The translations under genes and the position numbers were made by a program. DNA of 64,000 bases, taken from Candidatus Pacearchaeota archaeon. Lineage in GTDB: Archaea > Nanobdellota > Nanobdellia > Pacearchaeales > GW2011-AR1. Within the stretch, counting starts at the first letter, position 1; every line of letters starts with the position of its first letter. Below, piece by piece: positions 1 to 7,629 of this stretch. A model generated the notes under the pieces. It ran no database searches and was not told the DNA's origin. It worked only from the letters and a program-made list of their open reading frames with translations. The DNA lies in NCBI GenBank assembly GCA_038740375.1, contig JAVYLW010000005.1, forward strand, positions 6,085-70,084. The letters are read 5' to 3'.

Positions 1-627
1 TAACAAAGACTCAATATACAAAGTTATTACTTCTGTATTTTTATCTTTTGAATAATACTCAATATAATCAGAAAAATCAGTTAATAAAGAATTTCCTAAT
101 GAAACAAATCCAGAAAGTTTTATTTTTTTATCTAAAATTGCAGCTCCTATAGCTCCAGATTGTGATAAAAAAGCAATTTTACCTTTTTTAGGAATAATAT
201 CTACAAAAGTTGCATTTACATTATTATAAGGATTTATAAATCCTAATGTGTTTGGTCCAAGTAAGTTTATTTTATTTTTCTCACAAATTTTTTTAACTTC
301 TTCTGTAAGCTTGTCATTTCCTGATTCAGAAAACCCTGCGCTAATGATGACTACACTTTTTATTTTAGCTTTAACAATATCTTTTAATACTGTTAATACA
401 AATTTTGCAGGAATAGCTATTATAGCACAATCTACTTTTTCATTTATCATATTCACATTTTTATAAGTTTTATGACCTAAAACATTATCAGAATTAGGAT
501 TTATTGGATATGCTTTAATTCCTTTTGATATAAGATTTTTGAAAATAACATTACCAACTTTATTTTCTTCATGACTTGCTCCAATAACAGCAAAACTATT
601 TGCACATATAACCTCTTTAACATTCAT
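1..627 (-). CDS. acdA: ADP-forming acetyl-CoA synthetase alpha subunit/CoA-binding protein (partial, runs off window start)
   Basis: Not in the ORF track. Manual translation from ATG 627 gives MNVKEVICANSFAVIGAS...KVGNVIFKNL...AYPINP...VIISAGFSESG...LLGPNTLG...IAFLSQSGAIG, the ACD alpha/CoA-binding motifs. Confidence 0.85.
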   Translation of the reverse strand, partial: MNVKEVICANSFAVIGASHEENKVGNVIFKNLISKGIKAYPINPNSDNVLGHKTYKNVNMINEKVDCAIIAIPAKFVLTVLKDIVKAKIKSVVIISAGFSESGNDKLTEEVKKICEKNKINLLGPNTLGFINPYNNVNATFVDIIPKKGKIAFLSQSGAIGAAILDKKIKLSGFVSLGNSLLTDFSDYIEYYSKDKNTEVITLYIESLL

Positions 628-831
628 AATGTATCTATAATTATTAAGAAACTTATAAACTTTTTTAAATTTAAACTTTTAATTTTAAGTTCTACTCCTT
701 TAATCTTAAAGTATGTATTCAATAAGTTTTTTTATTTATAAAACATCTGTTATTAATTTCTTTTTTTAAAATATTTTAATCTTTTATAAGAAATTTGATA
801 TTTTAATTTTTTTATTATATATTCTAAATTT

Positions 832-1262
832 TTATTTTTTCCTTTTCTTTCTATTAATTTTTTTTATTGACACTTTTCTTCTTTTATCCTTTTTGAAAAT
901 ATAAAATGATATTACAGCAATAATTAATATTAATATTCCAATAACAATTTCAATAGAATAAGTATTATCACTTTTCGGTTTTCTTTAGAATGATAATTCC
1001 ATGCTTCTATTTTGTTTCTATCTTCTAAAGTAATTTTTGATATTGTTTCAAACATTTCAGGTGTATGACAAATTCCTGATTCTTTTCCATAGAATAAACA
1101 ACAAACTTTTCCATTAGAACAATCTTTATTTGTAGAGCAAATATCACTTAACGTATAACTGTTCATTACAACTTTACCAGTAATTCCTATTCCAACAAGA
1201 ATCATTCCGAAAAGTCCTAAAATAATTCCAGAGATGATGAAAATCTTTTCAAATTCAACCAT
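832..1262 (-). pseudogene. Small Cys-rich membrane protein with an apparent 1-nt frameshift near 975-985
   Basis: ORF 930..1262 has an N-terminal TM helix and C-x4-C-x5-CC. The adjacent frame continues PKSDNTYSIEIVIGILILIIAVISFYIFKKDKRRK...KK* (TM plus basic tail, stop 832-834). Confidence 0.6.
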
Positions 1263-1485
1263 TATAAGTTTTTAAATTTACACTTCTTTTTATATCAATT
1301 AAACATTTTATAATATATAAATATTACTCATACTAACTTTAAAATAAATTACAGATTTTTTATAAAAAGAATTTTTGAAAATTAAGTATTTTATTTATTA
1401 ATTAAGAAAAATATTAATTATAATATTTTTTTACTTAAAAGAATTAAACTTTAATAAGATTTTTATATATTTAAAGTAAATACCT

Positions 1486-1683
1486 TTATTTTAATCTATA
1501 TCCACATTCAGGACAGAATTTTTCTACTCCTTCAAGAATTTTTCCACATTGAGGACATTTTAATTCTTCTTTTCTTCTTTCAATAACAGCTTTGTATCCT
1601 GATTTTCCAGAAACAATTTTACCTAATATTACAGCCATATTTGGATCATCTTGATATTTTCTTAAATCTAAACAACTTCCCAT
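1486..1683 (-). CDS. Zinc-ribbon protein
   Basis: C-terminal CPQCG...FCPECG. Confidence 0.8.
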   Translation of the reverse strand: MGSCLDLRKYQDDPNMAVILGKIVSGKSGYKAVIERRKEELKCPQCGKILEGVEKFCPECGYRLK

Positions 1684-1750
1684 TTGAAATATTACCTTTT
1701 TTATTATTAAATTATTATATATAATTGAAGTTTAAAAATAATATTAGTTT

Positions 1751-2893
1751 TTAAATCTTATGAACTTGAAGAGTACTATAGACAAGATTTCTTTGTGCTT
1801 CAGCTTGACTTTTTAAACGTTTTTTAATTTTATTATTAAATTTAGGCTTGTTATCTTCTAATTCGTATTTTTTTTTCTGTAAATTATATTTTACAACATC
1901 CATTAAATAAGCATTAAAATCACTATTCCAGATATAAGCTGATTCAAAATTTTGTAAAGGTAAGTTATATGCAATTGATTTTAATACTCTTACAATTGTT
2001 TCTGGAGCTTCGCTATATCCTGTTTTTAATTTATCTGAAGAAATCATTGTTTCAATTGCTATATCTTTTAATTCTCTTTTAAACCTATCTTGGAAAAATC
2101 TTTTTTTAGCTTTTGGAAATACATTATACAATTTATATAAATTTCCTTTCGAATTTTTAATCGTAATACTTTCAAATAAATAAATAGGAGTATGATGTTC
2201 ACCTAATATCGGTATTTTTTCAATGTTTTTATAAGTAATAGAACCAATTTTTTCTCTTACTTCTGGGTTGTTGTTTAATATTTTTGCAATTAGTTTTGCT
2301 GCTCTAAATCCATCAACTGTTGGAGATCCTATTTTATCATATTGAGTTGCTTCAAATTCTTTTGCAGCTAAACACAAAGGCCCTACTGGATTTGATAAAA
2401 TCCAAAGATTGCCATTATATCTTCGATTCTTAAGCTCTTTACAAAACTTTTCAAGTTTTGTTAGTGTTTTTGTAAATAAAATATGATAAAAATTTTCAGA
2501 TCCTCTTCCTCTTATTGTTCCAGAATTAGAATAATTGATGTGAGGTCCAGAAGCAAAAAAAATAAATTCAGTTTCTTCAATTTTTTCTAAAAAAGAATCT
2601 AAACTATTATGAGTGTTAAATCTGTTTTGATTTTTCATTTCTTCAAGGTCTAAAACTCTTTCAATAGCTTTATAAGAAAAATCTCCATTTTCAGGTTTTT
2701 TACCTATTGATTCACTAGCTGATGAAGAATACAAGTCAACATATGCCCAATTTTCTCTTTTTAAAGCTCTTAAAATTTCTTGTGCAAATTTTCCACCTCC
2801 ATATATTTTCAAATTAATCTTTCTATGTTTTTCATTAACTTCTAAACTATTTTTATTAAATTCTTTAAAAGATTTTAGATTGAAATTTTCCAT
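1751..2893 (-). CDS. Divergent lactate/malate dehydrogenase superfamily protein
   Basis: Rossmann-like IYGGGKFA, ILSNPV, VDGFRA (DxxR) and ILGEHH, in the LDH/MDH order. Confidence 0.65.
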   Translation of the reverse strand: MENFNLKSFKEFNKNSLEVNEKHRKINLKIYGGGKFAQEILRALKRENWAYVDLYSSSASESIGKKPENGDFSYKAIERVLDLEEMKNQNRFNTHNSLDSFLEKIEETEFIFFASGPHINYSNSGTIRGRGSENFYHILFTKTLTKLEKFCKELKNRRYNGNLWILSNPVGPLCLAAKEFEATQYDKIGSPTVDGFRAAKLIAKILNNNPEVREKIGSITYKNIEKIPILGEHHTPIYLFESITIKNSKGNLYKLYNVFPKAKKRFFQDRFKRELKDIAIETMISSDKLKTGYSEAPETIVRVLKSIAYNLPLQNFESAYIWNSDFNAYLMDVVKYNLQKKKYELEDNKPKFNNKIKKRLKSQAEAQRNLVYSTLQVHKI

Positions 2894-3083
2894 ATTATTT
2901 ATTACATACTCTTACACTATACTTTAAGAAACCTCTTATCTTTAAAAGACCAAAAATCAAAACTAATAATTATTTATAAATCTAATCATTTTTAAATAAA
3001 ATATATTATCAAAAATATATTTTATATAATATATTTTTTTAAAAATGATTCAAAAATAAATTTAATGAAAAAACATTTAGAAA

Positions 3084-3815
3084 ATGAAAGATATTAAAGA
3101 ATTTCTAAATTCACTTGGATTTAGTAAAAATGAAACCCTTATTTATATTACATTGTTAGAAACAGGAGCATCTTCTGTTCAAACGATATCTGATAAAACT
3201 AAAATTCATAGAACTAACATATATGATGCTTTAAAAAAATTAGTAAATCGAGGTTTAATATATGAAATTGATGCAGAAAAAAAATTATTTTCATCAAAAC
3301 CTCTCAAAAGTTTAAAAGATTTTTTAAAATTTAGAGAAGCTGAATTAGATGAAATTATTAAAAATTTTGAGTTAAAAAAAATTCAAAAAAAAGAGGATAT
3401 AAAGTTTAAAGTTTCTAAAGGTGTTTTTGCTTTAAGAGAAGCTATTAGCAGCTGGTTAGATTTAAAAGAAACTATTAATGTTTTTGGAATACCTGGAAAA
3501 GCTCCTGAAATTATAGGACCTATGTTAAAAAAGTTTCATAACACTAGAATAAAAAGAAAAATATTAATGAGACATATATATAATGCAAGTGCAATAGATA
3601 GAGTTAAGTTCTTAAATAAATTAAATTATACTGAAGCAAGAGTATTACCTAAAAAATATGATTCTAATGTAACAACGATAATATGCAAAGATAAAGTTAC
3701 AATATTTCTTTGGGATGATGATGTAACTGTAATTGAAATGCAAGATATTGAAATAGCAAAAACATATAAAAATTATTTTGAAATTTTATGGAGAAAAGCA
3801 AAAAAAATTAAATAA
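3084..3815 (+). CDS. TrmB-family transcriptional regulator
   Basis: LGFSKNETLIYITLL...IHRTNIYDALKKLVNRGLI wHTH, followed by a TrmB effector domain ending YKNYFEILW. Confidence 0.9.
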   Translation: MKDIKEFLNSLGFSKNETLIYITLLETGASSVQTISDKTKIHRTNIYDALKKLVNRGLIYEIDAEKKLFSSKPLKSLKDFLKFREAELDEIIKNFELKKIQKKEDIKFKVSKGVFALREAISSWLDLKETINVFGIPGKAPEIIGPMLKKFHNTRIKRKILMRHIYNASAIDRVKFLNKLNYTEARVLPKKYDSNVTTIICKDKVTIFLWDDDVTVIEMQDIEIAKTYKNYFEILWRKAKKIK

Positions 3816-3922
3816 AATTTACTAATCTATAAACAAAATTTATAATAGCTATAGTATTATTCAAAAGATAAAAATTAATTATAGAATTTATAAATAACAC
3901 CCCTTTTTCCCATTTAAAAGGT

Positions 3923-4057
3923 TTAGTCTAATTCTATTTCATTTTCCTCGTAAAGTTGGTCAAAATTCGCACCTTCATCATCAATTTCTTCTTCAATAAC
4001 TGATTCATTTTTTAAATTACACCATTCATCAAAATATCTAGATAATCTATTTTTCAT
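3923..4057 (-). CDS. Unannotated 44-aa acidic microprotein
   Basis: GGAGG upstream of ATG 4057. Translation is MKNRLSRYFDEWCNLKNESVIEEEIDDEGANFDQLYEENEIELD*. Confidence 0.6.
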   Translation of the reverse strand: MKNRLSRYFDEWCNLKNESVIEEEIDDEGANFDQLYEENEIELD

Positions 4058-4206
4058 TTTTTCCTCCTAATTTTATTTATATTTAGGATTAACAATTATT
4101 GATTAATAGAATACTTTATAAAAAATTGCTGTATCAAATTAGACAACAAATAACCGAAATATTAAGTTATTATAAATCCAGAGAATAAATTAAACTAATT
4201 TTTAAT

Positions 4207-5454
4207 TTATTTTAAAGTATTATGATTTAAATTTCCTCTGTCTCTTTCAGCTTCAAGTATTCTTTTTATAGCAATAACATAAGCTGCAGTTCTCATATCT
4301 ATTCTTTCTTCATTTTCTTTATAAAAATTATAAACTTTTTCAAAAGAATTTGTAATCATCTCTTCTAATTTATTTGTTAAGTAAGAGTCTTCAAATATGT
4401 TTCCAGTTCTATTTTGAACCCATTCAAAATAACTTCCAACAACTCCTCCTGAATTTGATAAAATATCAGGAATTACTAATATTTTTTTATTAAACAAAAT
4501 ATTATCTGCTTCGCTTGTTATAGGGCCGTTAGCAAGTTCTAAAATAAATTTTGCTTTAATTTTTTCTGCATTTTCATTTGTAATTTGATTTTCAAGTGCT
4601 GCTAAAATTAATAAATCAACATCTAATTCTAATAATTCTTTATTTGAAATAATTTGAATATTATCAGTTTTCAAATCAATAACACTTTTTTGGTTTTGTT
4701 TAAGATTTTTTATATCTTTAATATTTAATCCGCTATTATTTAATATTCCACCTTTACTGTCGCTTACTGCAACAATCTTATAATTTTCATTAAATAACAT
4801 TTCAGCAATAAAACTTCCCGCATTTCCAAAACCCTGAATTGCAATTTTAATATTTCTTGAAACTTTTTCCTTTTCAAAAAATCTCTTTAATACAATAAAT
4901 CCTCCTTTTGATGTTGAATCTTCTCTTAATCTAATTCCTCCTAAAGAAATAGGTTTTCCTGTAATCATACCAGGTTCATGTTTTCCTGTAATTTTTTCAA
5001 ATTCATCTAACATAAAACCCATTATTTTTGAATTAGTATAGACATCAGGAGCTGGAATATCAATATCTTGACCTAAAAATTTATAAAACTCTCTTATATA
5101 AGCTCTTGATATTTCTTCAATTTCTTTTTCATTTAATTCTTTTGGATTTACTTTAACTCCACCTTTTGCTCCTCCAAATGGAAGTCCTGCTAATGAGTTT
5201 TTCATACTCATAAAAAAAGATAAGGATTTTACTTCATCTTCTGAAACATTAGGATGATATCTTATACCTCCTTTTCCAGGACCAAGAGAATTATTATGTA
5301 TGATTCTATAAGCTTCATATTTTTTTCCATTTATATTTAAAATAGCTCTTTTAATCTGTTTATAAGACATAAGAATATTTTTTTCTTCTTCTGATATATT
5401 CGTAAATAAAGAAATTTTGTTTAATAAAATTTTAATATTTTCAAAAATTTCCAT
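4207..5454 (-). CDS. gdhA: Glu/Leu/Phe/Val dehydrogenase (glutamate dehydrogenase)
   Basis: GPGKGGIRYHP, GGAKGG, DIPAPDV, IQGFGNAG, ELANGP, GGVVGSYFEWVQN. Confidence 0.92.
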   Translation of the reverse strand: MEIFENIKILLNKISLFTNISEEEKNILMSYKQIKRAILNINGKKYEAYRIIHNNSLGPGKGGIRYHPNVSEDEVKSLSFFMSMKNSLAGLPFGGAKGGVKVNPKELNEKEIEEISRAYIREFYKFLGQDIDIPAPDVYTNSKIMGFMLDEFEKITGKHEPGMITGKPISLGGIRLREDSTSKGGFIVLKRFFEKEKVSRNIKIAIQGFGNAGSFIAEMLFNENYKIVAVSDSKGGILNNSGLNIKDIKNLKQNQKSVIDLKTDNIQIISNKELLELDVDLLILAALENQITNENAEKIKAKFILELANGPITSEADNILFNKKILVIPDILSNSGGVVGSYFEWVQNRTGNIFEDSYLTNKLEEMITNSFEKVYNFYKENEERIDMRTAAYVIAIKRILEAERDRGNLNHNTLK

Positions 5455-5634
5455 TTTATGGAAATTTATTTCAAGTTTATTAATTTTGTTATAATAATGT
5501 ATTTACATTATTTATGTTGTATTCTAGATTTAGAATTTTAATTTTTTTATAATTTAAAACCTGTTAATGTCACATACACATTAATAGTAACTTTTTTAAA
5601 TTATTCTAACTTAATCATATCATTATACTATAAC

Positions 5635-6159
5635 ATGAATAAATTACATCCAGGAGCAAGATGGTTATTTAGACTTCAAGCATATTATTATTTAATTCTT
5701 CATGGAATTTTAATTATATTTTTTGGAATTTTTATTGCTCGTTTAGGATTTTTTATAAGTATTTTATTTTATATATCTTTTATAATAATCTTTGGAGAGA
5801 TATATTCAAGAATGTCTTATAATAGATATTTATATGAGATTAATAATGAATATATTAAAATTGAACATGGAATAATCTGGAAAAAATATACTTCGATACC
5901 TTATGAAAAAGTTCAGAATGTAGATATAAAAAGAGGAATAATTGCTAGAATGTTTGGTTTTTCAACTGTAGAGATAGAAACTGCAGGTCAGTCAGAAATG
6001 GACATAGAATATTATAGATCTATATTTGTAAGAAGAGGATACACTCCCTACAAAAGTGAAGGGCATTTACCAGCAATAGATATTAATGATGCAGAAAAAA
6101 TAAGAAAATTTATCATAAAAAAGATTAAAAAAACTGATAAAAAAAATTCAGGTTTATAG
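5635..6159 (+). CDS. Membrane protein with bacterial PH domain (bPH_2/YdbS-like)
   Basis: Two TM helices followed by GIIWKKYTSIPYEKVQNVDIKRGIIARMFGFSTVEIETAG. Confidence 0.85.
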   Translation: MNKLHPGARWLFRLQAYYYLILHGILIIFFGIFIARLGFFISILFYISFIIIFGEIYSRMSYNRYLYEINNEYIKIEHGIIWKKYTSIPYEKVQNVDIKRGIIARMFGFSTVEIETAGQSEMDIEYYRSIFVRRGYTPYKSEGHLPAIDINDAEKIRKFIIKKIKKTDKKNSGL

Positions 6160-6251
6160 ATTTTATTTTTTAAATAATTATAACTTTAAAATATTTTTTA
6201 TAAAACTATTCTAAAAACCTATTTAAAAAATTTTTAAAAAAATTAAAAAAA

Positions 6252-6366
6252 CGCCGCTACTGGGAATCGAACCCAGGAACCCAAAGGGCACGGATTTTTG
6301 CAAAAATTGTAATTTTGAACTTTTAATTTTTAGCAATCCGTTGCTCTACCACTGAGCGATAGCGGC
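6252..6366 (-). tRNA. tRNA-Ser(GCT) with 35-nt canonical 37/38 intron (6296-6330)
   Basis: Acceptor stem GCCGCTA/TAGCGGC with discriminator G, anticodon stem ACGGA/TCCGT, long variable arm and TTCGATT T-loop. The BHB motif is helix TTGC/GCAA with bulges TAA and AAA. Confidence 0.92.
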
Positions 6367-6535
6367 TTTTAATTTAATAAACATTCATTTGACTATATTC
6401 TATCTATTTTATATATATTTAATAATAGTTTAAATTATTAATTATTATATACTATTTATATATTATTAATTAATTTTTTATATATTAATATGTAAAATAA
6501 ATATTTAATTTTTAAAAAATTAGCAAGAAATCTAG

Positions 6536-6780
6536 CAAGAAATTCTGGCCTTTTTAAGGGGCAGATGAATTGCTCATGATTAACACCTCTTCTCTAAATT
6601 ATTTATTTCTAGATTTATTATAAAAAATGAACTTGATTTTAACTTATTGAATACTTTAATGTAGTTAGAACTTTCTTATAATTAATTGATTTGTTCAAGC
6701 AGAAGTTGTAAGAACCTATTTGAGAAATCTAAAAAAGAGCATCACGAAAACCTATACCTTTAGGTGTAGTAGGATGTCAT
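6536..6780 (+). mobile_element. Non-autonomous IS200/IS605-like remnant (left-end and right-end hairpins, no ORF)
   Basis: Left end CAAGAAATTCTGGCCTTTTTAAGGGGCAGATGAATTG. Right end CTATACC-TTTA-GGTGTAG followed by AGGATGTCA. The left motif recurs at 10179 and 62136. Confidence 0.6.
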
Positions 6781-6851
6781 ATTTAAGAAATTCTATATCA
6801 TTTTCTAATTTTCTTGTATAAATTTTCTTGTATATATTCTATTTTGTGTGG

Positions 6852-7469
6852 TTATTTAATATTTAAGAAAAGTTTTTTATAATAAATTAAAGCAACATAA
6901 CTACAAAATAATAAAGACATAGAAAAAATTTCTATAATCCAGACAATGTCAAATTTTTTAATTGAAAATTTTATTTCTGTTTTATCTAATGTTTTATTTT
7001 TAATCTTAATAATTTTGTTAAATTCATTTCTATTTTCATTAAACTTTAAACTATCTGTGTTACTATTTTCTAAATTTAAGTTATTGTTTTTATTTAAATT
7101 TATTTTATTATTTTGATTATTTTTATTTATTTGTTCTGAAAATGTGTTTGAGGAATCTTCATCATTTAAGTTATTATCTAATAAATTATTATCAGATAAT
7201 TCATTGTTTTGTTCTTCTTCATCACTTTCAATATCATTATAATCTTCTTCATACTCTTGATCATTTTCTTGATAAGAGTCATTGCTAGTGAAATTAATTA
7301 AATAATGAGCGTTAGGATTTGTTTGATTTTTAGTTGAATTTGGATTTATAGTTATTTTTATTTTTGGTGAAATTCCTGTTACTAATGAATTTTCTGCACT
7401 AATAATAAATACACTTAAAAAGATTAATATTATAAGACCTAAAAATATAAAATCTTTTTTTCCTCTCAT
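6852..7469 (-). CDS. Secreted/membrane protein with Asn/Asp/Glu-rich low-complexity spacer and C-terminal TM
   Basis: Signal-like N-terminus from ATG 7469 (MRGKK...IISA-EN), an acidic/Asn tract and a hydrophobic C-terminal helix. Confidence 0.7.
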   Translation of the reverse strand: MRGKKDFIFLGLIILIFLSVFIISAENSLVTGISPKIKITINPNSTKNQTNPNAHYLINFTSNDSYQENDQEYEEDYNDIESDEEEQNNELSDNNLLDNNLNDEDSSNTFSEQINKNNQNNKINLNKNNNLNLENSNTDSLKFNENRNEFNKIIKIKNKTLDKTEIKFSIKKFDIVWIIEIFSMSLLFCSYVALIYYKKLFLNIK

Positions 7470-7629
7470 TTTTAGGATTATCAACAGAATAAGATGTATA
7501 TAAATCTAATTTACTACTATAAATTAATGAACTTCAACCTCTATTAATTTTTAGAATCAAATAATTTAAAAACTTTATTTTATTATAATACTATAAAATT
7601 ATATATATTTTAAAAAAGAGGAAAAAATA

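Noticed and set aside
6291-6310. tRNA-Cys(GCA) reading from TTGCAAAA in the intron
   Set aside because: The GCAA is the BHB helix partner and the loop length does not fit. The long variable arm and G73 indicate Ser.
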